Source of the DNA: Leucoraja ocellata
Lineage: Eukaryota
Length of the DNA: 64,000 nucleotides
Assembly: GCA_036785375.1 (NCBI GenBank)
Contig: JAWMAR010000009.1
Span: forward strand, 16,554,001 to 16,618,000
Direction: 5' to 3'
Shown here: piece by piece, positions 1 to 11,398 of the stretch
How the letters are laid out: each line of letters opens with the position of its first letter
Position numbering within the stretch: position 1 is the stretch's first letter
The notes under the pieces: generated by a model
Seen by the model: the letters and a program-made list of their open reading frames with translations, nothing else
What the model was told of the DNA's origin: nothing
Databases searched by the model: none
Program-made: the position numbers and the translations under genes

Positions 1-1255
1 AGATGCTGGGTTTTTGTGTAAAACACAAAGTGCTGGAGTAACTTTTTTTTTGCAGCGGTCCAGGCAACATTTCTGGCGGCGTTTCGGGTCAGGAACCTTC
101 TTCAGTCTGACTCAAAGTCTGAAGACCCAAAATGCCGCCTATCCTCCAGAGATGCTGCCCGACTCACTGCGTTACTCCAGCGCTCTCTCGTTTACGCCTC
201 CCCCCCGAATCTAGTACCAGTCCATTCAATCTTAAACCCACGTATAGACCGTATAAATGTACAAACTGTCTGTGACAATAGAACACTTACGAACAATGAA
301 ACACTTAAGATAGACACAGAAATGCTGGAGTAACTCAGCGGGGGACAGGCAGCTTCTCTGGAGAGAAAGAATGGGTGACCCTTTCGGGTCGAGACCCATC
401 GTCAGAACACTTACTCCGGCTAATCAAGCGACTGATTACATTTTACAAACTTCTAAAGTTCATACAGACTTTGACCCCCGACTCCGTCAATGGCGGAACC
501 GGGTGAACGTGGAATTACCGAGTGCATGTGTCCCTCCTACAGTAGCTAGATGCGTCTGTCCCATTGCCAGGCAGAGCGTGGCTGAAAGATCATCGAACTA
601 ACACGTTAACCGTTTATCCCCAGACGACCCGCTGAATGTCGCCAGTATTCTCTGCTTTATGTTTCAGAATTCCAGCACCATGTGTGTGTGTATATATATA
701 TATACATACATAAAGAAAATAGAAATCAAACTGGAGTAACTCAGCGGGACAGGCAGCATCTCTGGAGAGAAGAAATGGGTGACGTTTCGGGTCGTCTGAA
801 TATAATATATATAAATATAAACTTTTATTTTACGTGGTATGAACGAATATTGATATATATTTTATATATAATATTCGTTTATAAACGGTTTTGTAACTAA
901 CGGCCCCTTACTTTAAAATTATCCTCGATCACAAGATATTCGCTGCCTCTGTAATCCCGGCACAGGTGTCAATATCATGCATTTCTCTCCCCCCGTCTAT
1001 AAACACATTTTCAGACTGATTTCTCGAGAAGATGACGTGAGAATCTAGAACAGGAATAAGCCACCACCTGCAGCGAGAACGGTTTTGTAAACAAGACTGG
1101 CAGGGGGGGGGGGGGGCGGTTTTGGAAGCCGTGCTATGGGGGAAGAGTCTCTGCAACTTCTGAAACCATCGTTCGACGTTCAAACAAAACTGCTCGACAT
1201 TTCAACTGGGTGGAACTGTCGCCGACTCGCCCCGCGCTACCATTAACCCCATGTT

Positions 1256-1441
1256 ACACAAAAAAGCTGGAGAAACCCTCAGCGGGTGCAGCAGCATCTA
1301 TGGAGCGAAGGAAATAGGCAACGTTTCGGGACGAAACGTTGCCTATTTCCTTCGCTCCATAGATGCTGCTGCACCCGCTGAGTTTCTCCAGCTTTTTTGT
1401 GTAACCTTCGATTCTCCAGCATCTGCAGGTCCCTCTTAAAC
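1256..1441. mobile_element. Young fold-back (inverted) Penelope-derived insertion in intron 1
   Basis: Near-perfect palindrome 1256-1401 centred on gtttcgggacgaaac. 17-bp TSD accattaaccccatgtt at 1239-1255 and 1442-1458. Confidence 0.85.
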
Positions 1442-2631
1442 ACCATTAACCCCATGTTGTCGCCGCCCGTCCTGCTTCTGGGAAGTGACTGCGCGCTGTA
1501 TTGGAATCAGTGCGAATTTCAAAGCCAAAATGTACACAAGGACCGTTTTCAATTAGGGGTTGTTAATGACCCCTAACCCCCCCCCCCCCCACCCCCACCC
1601 TTGGAAGGTGTGGAAACCCCCCTTTCTTGGCATTACTTGAAAGAGTGGGGTAGTTATTCCCAGAGTCCAAAACTTAATTAAAACTAGTTATTTTTTCAGC
1701 TGACTTTAGATCGGTAACAAGCGTAAATAAGTGGAAGATATAGGATTCTATGGAAATGTTTCTCAAACTTCCATCCAGATATTGCATCATATTATTGCAA
1801 GTTTGACGTGCTCTTCATCATGTTCCCCGCTAATTAAAGTCGAAGACACACAAAGGGCAGCAGATGCTGGAATCAATGGCAGAGAAACTCGGCGGGTCAG
1901 TCAGCATCTGTGGGGGGAATCACCTCCAGCGCTTTGTATTTAACTGAAGTGAATTGTGACTCCCACGCTAACCAAGGGGCAACTTGCAGGGTCAAAGACG
2001 TTATGGTCTTGGAGTAAAGGGTGGGAACGTTGGACTTAGGGTCAGAGTCACAGGCGCGGAAAGAGGCCATTCGGCCCAACTAGCCGACGCCGGGCAACAT
2101 GCCCCATCTACACCAGTCTAACCTGCCGGCGCTTTAACCCATATATGTCCACATGTCTCTTGAACACAACGATAGAACCTGCCTCAACTACCTGAAAGAA
2201 GGGACTCGACCTGAAACGTCACCCACCCCTTCCCTCCAGAGACGCTGCCTGTCCAGCTGAGTTACTCCAGCACTTTGTGGCTATCTTCGGTGTAAACCAG
2301 CTTCTGCAGTTCCTTCCTACACATGCCTCAACCACCTCCTCTGAAGGGTTTCGGCCCGAAACGTCGCCTATTTCCTTCGCTCCATAGATGCTGCTGCACC
2401 CGCTGAGTTTCTCCAGCAATTTTGTGTACCCACCTACTCTGGCATTCGTCCCATGTACCCACCAGCCTTTGTATGCAAAAAAAGTTACCCATCAGGTTCC
2501 TATTAAACCTCCCCCCCCCCCCCCCCTTCACCTTAAACCTATGTATTCTGGATTTGTCGACGTGGGTTTAACCGTCCTGCTACACATGATACACACGTTA
2601 ATAGAAACAGTGGTGTCAATATTCTTGTGGG

Positions 2632-2717
2632 GGGAGAGAGAGAGATAATTGTTATATATATATCTCAATTGTTATATACATAGATCTCAATTCTATCTCT
2701 CTGTCTCTCTCTCTCTC

Positions 2718-2767
<50 letters not shown>

Positions 2768-2860
2768 TATATATATAACAATTCTACCTCTCTCTCCCCA
2801 AAACAACATTATCACCACTGTTTATAATACATATATATATATATATATATATACATATAT
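2632..2860. repeat. (TA)n/(GA)n/(TC)n compound microsatellite
   Basis: Seen directly. Confidence 0.9.
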
Positions 2861-3555
2861 ACACTGTATAAGGAAGGGTGTGTGTTTAACACTCTGTAAA
2901 AATACCACCCGGAAACGAGTAAGTGGTGGCTCCAAATGTTCTGACGGGTGTGGTATCAGATCAAACTTTACGTGACTGATTTTTCTTTTCGTTGCCCCAA
3001 ATGTTCTTATCCACAAGATAATTCAGAAAGAAACAAAAAAAGATCTCTATAATGTTAAAAAAAAAAGCGGAAGAGATTTTCAAGTTTGAAAACCGCACGA
3101 ACGCAGTGTAATTCTGAAACCCTTGGGGTTGGTTTATAATCAGTCCCCGTTTAACCTCAGCCGTTTTCAAAAGTAATTGGAAACATTACAGTTAAATAAA
3201 CGCGGGGACAAGGCAGGATTCGGTTAGCGTTCGCCCTGAAATCCAATGTCTTGAAACCCCTTCTCTTGCAAATGTGCTTCCTCACGTTGCAAAAGCCAGT
3301 TGGCGTTTCTAGTTTATATCAGCAATATTCTGCATTTTGCCTACTGTTTATATCCGAACGTTCTGCAATAATTTGGGCATTTAATACATTATTTCTCTGA
3401 AACCGTTGCAATTGGAGCCGAAACGAGATGGGAGAGATGAAAATGGGTTTCGACCCGAAACAAGTCACCCATCCCTTCTCTCCAGAGATGCTGCCCGAGT
3501 TACTCCAGCGTTTTTGTGTCTATCTTGGGGGAAATGGGAGAAACCAGTCACTCAC

Positions 3556-4082
3556 CTGCCCTGTTTGGTGATTATCATCTCCGTTTGATGCTTGTGAAAT
3601 TTAGACCAGAGTTGGTAGTTGCATAGCATAATCTGCACCTTCCCCGATGCTTGCAACCCCGGCACCGCGCAGAGTGAAGTCCGTTGATAGGTGTGAGGGT
3701 AGGGGGCAGAGAAGGAGTCGGTGCCTGCCGCGTAGACTTCAGTTCCTGGGCTCGGGTAGCTGGGCACTCCAGCGACTTGCGGTCTATTGCCGGGGTAGGG
3801 GCAATTAGACAAGGCCGGTGTCAAATACCTGCTGGCATTGCCCACGGTGATCCCGGCGGCCGAGATGTGCTGGCTTGGGTAAGGGAGAGGGACAGAGTCC
3901 GGGGAACCCTGGCACTGGTCTCCCATTAAGTAGAACCTATCCTGCATCCCATATCTCAGGTCCTGGTAGTCTTGCATCGACTTATTCCTCTCGGCGTCTT
4001 TGTTGAAATTCTCGCTGCTCTCTGGCTGGTTCAACATAGCGATGGGAAAGTTGGGGCCGGAGTCTGGACTCGTTCCTCCCAT
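3556..4082 (-). CDS. TBX21: T-box transcription factor, Tbr1 subfamily, most likely TBX21/T-bet; coding exon 1 (N-terminus and start of the T-box)
   Basis: ATG at 4082 (MGGTSPD...). The frame ends ...PGLQASGKVQIMLCNYQLWSKFHKHQTEMIITKQGR, followed by a phase-2 donor AG|GTGAGT at 3556/3555, the conserved first-intron position. PGLQxxGK and LWSKF resemble T-bet more than EOMES/TBR1 (VYLCNRPLWLKFH). No later exon was found in 1-3555. Confidence 0.88.
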
Positions 4083-4199
4083 GGACTGTCCAGAGAGGGA
4101 GGGGGTAGAAAATGTAAACTTAAAAAAAAAAAAAAAATCACCCACCCCCCCACACACACACACACACACACAATGGGAAACGATCAAAGTTTGTTGGAG

Positions 4200-4420
4200 C
4201 GACCACAAGGTGTGATAATGTCCATCAGGGGTACTCAAAGACTCGTTGTCTCAATCTCCCAGGTACCAGCTCCTATTAAAGATCACACTCCTCCTGCCTC
4301 GGGGTCTTTTCTACACGATTGGTGTAGCTCTGGTGTAGTCATAGCAGTATTTGTCTCATTGGTTTAGGCTCACGCCGTATGTACAGACGCGGCAGATTTA
4401 CACAAACCACGCCCAGCGCG
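4200..4420 (-). promoter_or_regulatory. Putative proximal promoter / 5' UTR region of the T-box gene
   Basis: Unique CpG-containing sequence just 5' of the ATG. Minus-strand CCAAT at 4318-4322 and 4358-4362, SP/KLF-like CCACGCCC near 4407, ACCACA (4202-4207) next to AGGTGTGA (4208-4215). The TSS cannot be placed from sequence. Confidence 0.45.
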
Positions 4421-4692
4421 AAGTAGAGAGGAAACCTCGAATGAATTTCGATTAAAACAAAAAAACAGGTCTGAACAAGGGTCTCGACCCGAAACGTCAC
4501 CCATTCCCTCTCTCCGGAGATACTGCCGAACCCGCTGAGTTACTCCAGTCTACTGGAATTTAAAAAAAACGTTTGGACATGAATTTAAGGCTAATCCTAT
4601 TTTTATTTCTGTAAAACGTTACCCTGCAAATGGCTTAATGAAAAAGGAAAAAAGAGGTTCTGATTATTGCGAGGAAAGGTGTATGAAGGAAC

Positions 4693-4884
4693 CGAAGATA
4701 GACACAAAAAGCTGGAGTAACTCAGCGGGTCAGGCAGCATCTCTGGGGAGAAGGGGTAGGTGTTGGTTTGGGGGCGAGAGCCTTCTTCAGACTTCAGAAG
4801 TGGCTCGACCCGAAACGTCACCCATTCATTCTCTCCAGAGATGCTGCCTGTCCCGCTGAGTTACTCCAGCATTTTTGTGTCTAT
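4693..4884. mobile_element. Fold-back Penelope-derived repeat about 0.6 kb upstream of the ATG
   Basis: Inverted arms atagacacaaaaagctggagtaactc...gagttactccagcatttttgtgtctat around a broken hammerhead core. Confidence 0.75.
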
Positions 4885-5167
4885 GGCCGACTCGTGTATC
4901 AAAACTGGAATTGACTCTGAATATCTCAAGTCAGATCACCCCATGATGGCAATCCCAACCCAGGATGTTCGTGTTATCGGTTTTACTTCAACCGGGCATG
5001 AATTATGTAGACTCTGAAAGGTCCTTTCTCGACACGCCGTCTATCTAGAAATGCTGCTTGACTCGCCGAATTACTCCAGCACTTTGTGTCTTTTTTTGTC
5101 GTTGTAAACCAGCATCCGCAGTTCCTCGTGTTTCATTAACATTCCCCAGTCGGCCTGGTCTGACTGT

Positions 5168-5349
5168 ACACAAAAATGCTGGAGAAACTCAGCGGGTGCA
5201 GCAGCATCTATGGAGCGAAGGAAATAGGCAACGTTTCGTTGCCTATTTCCTTCGCTCCATAGATGCTGCTGCACCCGCTGAGTTTCTCCAGCATTTTTGT
5301 GTACCTTCGATTTTCCAGCATCTGCAGTTCCTTGCTTTAGCGCTTTAGT
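5168..5349. mobile_element. Fold-back Penelope-derived insertion
   Basis: Inverted arms meet at acgtttcgtt (~5231). TSD tctgactgt at 5159-5167 and 5350-5358. Confidence 0.8.
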
Positions 5350-5841
5350 TCTGACTGTTCTTAGACGTTGAAATGCTTAAATTCTACTTGCAATTGTAAA
5401 TGCCACAATAACTTCCATACAATGGAAATATCAATTCTGGATTTTAATTGACACCAAAAAAAAAAAATCAGAAGTGAATTTGGAAAATATCAACTTCCAC
5501 CTGTGTGTGACCCGGTCGGTTGGGATAATGTTAAGCAGCAACATACAGAACATCACCGGCTGAGTTTGCAGAAATACAGATGAATTTACAAGCAGAGAGC
5601 CATCGTTAACAAGAGACAGAACGGTCGCCATAATAGGGGTGGGGTTGGAAATAAATCATCGACTAAAAAGTGGATGAATATTTTTTTTTTTTAAAGAGCA
5701 GATACTGAACATGTGAATTAAAACAAGAAATGCTGGAAACACACAGCATCTACGGAAAGATAGACTGTTACTCTGCTTAAGGTGGAAAAAGTGATGCAGG
5801 TTATACTAATTAACAATGTAGATCAGCTACTGGTTATGAGA

Positions 5842-6035
5842 TGGAGACGCAAGGAACTGCAGATGCTGGAATCTTGAGCAGAACGCAAAGTGTCGGAGGA
5901 ACTCAGCAGGTCAGGCAGCATCTGCGGGGGGAGTTGACAGGCGATGTTTTGGGTCAGGGCCCCTTCTCCCGACCCCAGGAGTGTCTTCCATTCCCTCCAC
6001 AGATGCTGCCTGACCTGCTGAGTTCCTCCAGCTCT
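5842..6035. mobile_element. Older fold-back Penelope-derived repeat
   Basis: ggaggaactcagcaggtcaggcagcatctg ... cagatgctgcctgacctgctgagttcctcc. Confidence 0.65.
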
Positions 6036-7096
6036 CTTGAACTTGGAGATGTTTTGGATCAACGAATTGCTCATGAAACCCCCATTCACATTTGCCACCA
6101 ACATGTCGATTGGCAATCTGTATGTTGTAAGGAACACACTTGTAGATAGTAGTACTAAATCTCATTAATGATTAAGATGAAGGAAATGAGCAATATTGGT
6201 ATATAGTGCAGCACCCCACATCAAATACGTGTTAACCATTGGACAAAAATGTGTTCGAATTCGAAATGAAGACTTTTCTAAAAAAATCGACGACATCTTA
6301 TAGTTTGAGTCTGAAGAAGGATGTCGACCCGAAACATCACCCATTCCTTCTCTCTCGGGATGCTGCCTGTCCCGCTGAGTTACCCCAGCATTTTGTGTCT
6401 ATCTGCCGGGTTAGTGTCGAACATTTTTCGTTATACTTTGTATCATGAGTGTGGGGAGAATTTGTTTTCTTCTCCTCCCCACCGCTGAAATAAAGGTGAA
6501 GGCGGTATCTGTAATGAAATTTACAGGAAGATTGTTGCCCCCCCCCCCCCCCCCCACACACACACATCCTTGTGCGTGTTACAGGCAGCCTTGAGTTCCA
6601 GGCGATCGCTGGGATTGTGTACTCAGATCTAGACAGTGTGGCCTCATCGCTCACGTTAAACCATTAGCCTCTTGATTAAGTGCGAATCGCGAATCATCAA
6701 GCTGAGACATGTCCCCATTGTGGCAGACCTTTCCCAACCTGCACTCCACAAAGCAGCCAACTAGCGACACGTTAAAACTTCTCGCCCGAGACCGCCATAG
6801 CAATCACACGATGTCCACCACACTTTGCATACACGGCAGCATCTTCAAAGAGCCACTGAGATTGAGTTGCCTTTTACACTGATTACATTTTACGATTAAA
6901 CTGAACGGCTGCGGTCAAGAACGATTCCATATTTATGTCGCAGGTTGGTCTTTTTTTGACGTTTATTCCGACAGCAAAATAATTAAATATATTGCGGAGG
7001 AATTCTGAAAGTAAATTAAATCAATAAACAATAAATAAAAAGTTTACATATGCTGGGCACACTGAGTGTGGTGTTTGGGTCAGAATTATATACAAC

Positions 7097-7244
7097 NNNN
7101 NNNNNNNNNNNNNNNNNNNNNNNNNNNNNNNNNNNNNNNNNNNNNNNNNNNNNNNNNNNNNNNNNNNNNNNNNNNNNNNNNNNNNNNNNNNNNNNNNNNN
7201 NNNNNNNNNNNNNNNNNNNNNNNNNNNNNNNNNNNNNNNNNNNN
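7097..7244. other. N run (gap or hard-masked repeat); others at 10054-10269, 12349-12679, 12722-12944, 20849-21003, 21277-21476, 53600-53802
   Basis: Irregular lengths, mostly flanked by microsatellite or retroelement tails. Confidence 0.95.
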
Positions 7245-7629
7245 ACATATACATGTCTATTTGTGTGTATATATAAATACATGTATATATTTATATTTTA
7301 AATATGTATATATGTAAATATATATATGTGTATTTATATTGTAATATAAATATACTATATATATATATATATTTACATATATACATATACACACGCACAC
7401 TCACACATATTTATTTATTTTTGAGTGCGTGTTTGTATCTGTATAAGCATATTAATTTATTAAATGTACACTGTTGCACATTAATGAAATCCTTTCTTGT
7501 TCCCTCCAGTAGCTTTATTTTTCGTATGTAGGTGATCTAATTTGTTGATTTGAATATCTGTGGGGGTGATCAAAGAGAGGCATTTTAACGAGAAAAGCGG
7601 TCTTCTGTAAAGTCTGAAGAAGGATCAGA

Positions 7630-7657
7630 CTGAAGAAGGGTCTCGACCCGAAACGTC
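7630..7657 (+). ncRNA. Minimal hammerhead ribozyme motif (Penelope-associated)
   Basis: CTGAAGA-A-GGGTCTCGACCC-GAAA-CGTC. Confidence 0.6.
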
Positions 7658-8324
7658 ACCTATTTCCTTCGCTCCATAGATTCTGCCTCACCCGCCGAGT
7701 TGCTCCAGCATTTTTTTTATCTACCTTCTGTAAACCCTGATAACATTCCAGGTTTCCAGTCAAATCCTCTCAGCAATGTCAGATCATCCTCGTTATTGAT
7801 AGTTTATCTTGCAGAAATCTTCACCTCTTTACTTGCACAAAACCCCGCACTCATTCACAGATTGAATGTTTTGGAAGATTCTGTAAGATTTCTCCAGCGC
7901 TCTCCCACACGTAATAACCATCCGATCAGTGTTTTACTTGGTCTCTGTCGAGAAAATGTCTCAGCCTAGTTAATCCCCACACCTAGGTATATTTAATGCC
8001 GCGGGTTGGTTTATTTAATCTAAACGAACTGTTGCATTCATACATTTAGTTGTCCGAAGCAGAACTAAAATCAAACCGCAAAATAAGAAAATAAAGGATA
8101 ACTTGGCATAATTGGGCGTTTGTGGGGGATTCTGATAGTGGGTACAACTAGAGAGATGAGATGAAACAGCCGCGTTATTTTATTTTTAAATCTCACCCCA
8201 TCCAGATTCTTTCTCGGTGGGAAATAAATGTCATGAAGTGTCATGGGTTAAATGTGTAGGAGGGAACTGTAGATGCTGGTTTACACCGAAGAGAGACACA
8301 AAATGCTGGAGTAACTTCTTCAGA

Positions 8325-8360
8325 GGGTCTGAAGAAAGGTCCCGACCTGAAACGTCACCA
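8325..8360 (+). ncRNA. Minimal hammerhead ribozyme motif with a compensatory stem II pair and short stem I
   Basis: GGGT-CTGAAGA-A-AGGT-CCCG-ACCT-GAAA-CGTC-ACCA. An A-T pair replaces the usual G-C in stem II; GGT/ACC forms stem I. Confidence 0.6.
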
Positions 8361-8679
8361 ATTCCTTCTCTCCAGAGATACTGTCTGAACCGCTGAGTTA
8401 CTCCAGCATTTTGTGTCTATCATGGGCTAAATGCAGCTCTCTTCTTAAAAGCGTCGATCTGCCGTCGCGGTAGAGACATGTCTGAACGTCAGACTGTTTA
8501 GAAAATACAAATTGTTGACTGAATATTACTGTTATTCTTCATACAAGTGACCATATATATCAGGCTCCAATTCGCCTTGATCATCGTTACTTTTTTTTGC
8601 ATTTGTTCATTTGTTCTGGATCTCTCTCTATATCTCGTTATCCTTTTCCCTGACTCTCCTTCTGAAGCATTGGAACATA

Positions 8680-9298
8680 GAGACAGATAGGTGCAGGAGT
8701 GGGCCATTCGGCCCTTCGAGCCAGCACCACCATTCAATGTGATCATGGCTGATCATCTAAAATCAGTGCCCCATTCCTGCTTTCTCCCCATATCTCTTGA
8801 TTACCTTAGCCCTAAGAGCTAAATCTTACTCTCTCTTGCAAACAAATCCAGTGAATTGGCCTCCACCGCCTTCTGTGGCAGAGAATTCCACAGATTCACA
8901 ACTCTCTGGGTGAAGATGTTTTTCCTCATCTCAGTTCTAATTGGCCTACCACTTATTCTTAAACTGTGACTCCTGGTTCTGGACTCCCCCAACATCGGGA
9001 ACATTTTTCCTGCATCTAGCCTGTCCAATCCTTTAAGAATTTTATATGTTTCTATACCAGGTATCCTCTCATTCTTCTAAGTTCCAGTGAATACAAGCCC
9101 AGTCAACACATTCTTTCATCGTATGTCAGTCCAGCCATCCGAGGAATTAACCTGGTGAAACTATGCTGCACTCCCTCAATAGCAATAATATACTTCCTCA
9201 AATTGGGTGACCAAAATTGCACACCATACTCCAGGTGCGGTCTCACCAGGGCCCCGTACAACTACAGTAGGACCTCCTTGCTTCTAAACTCAAATCCT
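8680..9298 (-). mobile_element. CR1/HER1-like LINE 3' fragment
   Basis: LDRLDAGKMFPMLGESRTRSHSLRI...FTQRVVNLWNSLPQ and the CR1 3' tail. Confidence 0.88.
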
Positions 9299-11099
9299 TA
9301 GATTTGGAGATCTGAAAAAGGGTCTCAACCCGAACCGTCACATATTCCTTTTCTCCAGAGATGCTGCGTGACCCGCTGAGTTACTCCAGCTTTTTGTGTC
9401 TACCTTCGATTTAAACCAGCATCTGCAGTTTCCTCCTACACCATACACAGCCTATCGCCTCTCTAGCCTATAACAATAGTGAGGACAAGAGATTTCATCT
9501 CTACCACATTGTGGACATTGGACTCTGTCCATGGAACTGAGTACATTGTTGAGAACTGTATTCTGCCCTCTAACTCTCCTTTGCTCTATCTACTGTACTT
9601 GAGTTTGACTTGATTGTATTTAGTTATAGTATTATCTGGTCTGTTTGGACAGCTTGCAAATCAAAGGGTTTTTATGTACTTAGGTACCACATGACAATAA
9701 TAAACCTAAACTTAGGCTGGAAACACGTGACAAAATAAAAAGCAAATGTGCTGGAGGAACTCAGCGGGCCAGGTAGGATCTGCAGAAATAGACAGGTGGT
9801 GGCTCAGGTGGAACAGAAAGATCCCATTAGCCTGAAGAAGGGTCCAGGCCTGAAACATAGTCTAGCCATTTCCCTTCACAGATGCTGCCCGACCCGCTAA
9901 TTTTCTCCAGCGCTTTGCGTTTTTTTTAAACAAATAAAGTGGCCATTTGCTTGCAATTTAATTGTGTAATTACTTTCTTAAGTCAATTTTAATAGCATAC
10001 ACTTTAGCAAAACGATTACATTTGGCAGGAAATCTTTCTATTAATTCAATTTGNNNNNNNNNNNNNNNNNNNNNNNNNNNNNNNNNNNNNNNNNNNNNNN
10101 NNNNNNNNNNNNNNNNNNNNNNNNNNNNNNNNNNNNNNNNNNNNNNNNNNNNNNNNNNNNNNNNNNNNNNNNNNNNNNNNNNNNNNNNNNNNNNNNNNNN
10201 NNNNNNNNNNNNNNNNNNNNNNNNNNNNNNNNNNNNNNNNNNNNNNNNNNNNNNNNNNNNNNNNNNNNNTACTTTATTAGCCAAGTATGTTTTGCAATAT
10301 ACGAGAAATTTGATTTGCCATACAGTCATACCAGTCAGTTTTATTCTCCAAATTGTGCTTTATAATTCATGTTAATTTCTCGAGGGACCTGCCAAGCAAG
10401 GCCTTGCTGCAGACAACGAGAATTCTTTGCGGGGGAGAATGACAGTCTAGCCGCTTCTGGGCATCGAGGGCCTCAAAGCCCTTAAACAAGGGAAGGGATC
10501 TTACCCCTGGGTGTGGGAATGACTGACATGTAAAGGCAGGAGCAACACTATTGAGTATGACGATAGCAATATTGAATGTATAGATCGACACTAAGAATGT
10601 ATTCAGAGTTTTTGTTTTGTATACACATTTTTTATTACAATTAAAGTTTATTTTTGAAATAAAACAAACATTCTTGCTGTGATCATTACAACAGCGAACA
10701 CAGTTGGAAAGTAAAATACTAAAGATGCTGGAAAACTGGAAGCAAAGAAAAGATCCTGATATACTCAGAAGATTGGGCAACATCTACCGAGAGAAATGGA
10801 GAGGTAACCTTCTGTCAGAACCAATTGTTTCACAAAGGCAGGTTATAAATGCAAGTTTTCCTAAATCTAGGAACTGATAGGGACTGCGGAATTTGCAGCA
10901 AATTGTTTTAATCAAAGAAATCCACGTATTTATATAACTATACAACTGTACAAGCTTTTTCGATATTCTAAGACATTTTACAATCAATGTTGTTACTATG
11001 AAATATTTTTATTCATGGATTATCATAAATATAGTAGTTGAGTTGTGTAATCGAGCATAGGAATCTGCCACAAGCAGCAGTGGGCAATACTGATTTACT

Positions 11100-11398
11100 T
11101 AGGACTTTAGAGATAAAACGTGGAAATAGGCCACTCGGCCCAACGAATCCATGCCGACCAGCAATCATTCCATACACTCGCACTATTCTACACCGTAGGG
11201 ACAATTTACAGAAGCCAATTAGCCTGCGACCCCGTATGTCTTTCGAGTGTGGGAAGAAACCAGAGCACCCGGAGAAAACCCACGCGGTCACAGGAAGAAC
11301 GTACAGACTCTGTACATACAGCACCCATAATCAGGATCTAACTCCAGTCTCTGGCACTGTAAGGCAGCAACTCTACCGCTGCTCCACTGTGCTGCCCT
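11100..11398 (-). mobile_element. HE1-like tRNA-derived V-SINE
   Basis: tRNA-like head, V-domain-like core (CGCGTGGGTTTTCTCCGGGTGCTC...TTCCCACA), and a 3' end shared with the CR1 tail (gggccgaagggcctgtttcc). Confidence 0.85.

Noticed and set aside
1-3555. T-box exon 2 (RMFPFLSF...)
   Set aside because: No such peptide was seen on the minus strand; it probably lies beyond the window edge.
4083-4238. N-terminal extension of the 228-aa ORF
   Set aside because: It starts at a non-ATG codon and crosses (GT)n and poly-T tracts. The ATG at 4082 fits the T-bet-like MGG start.
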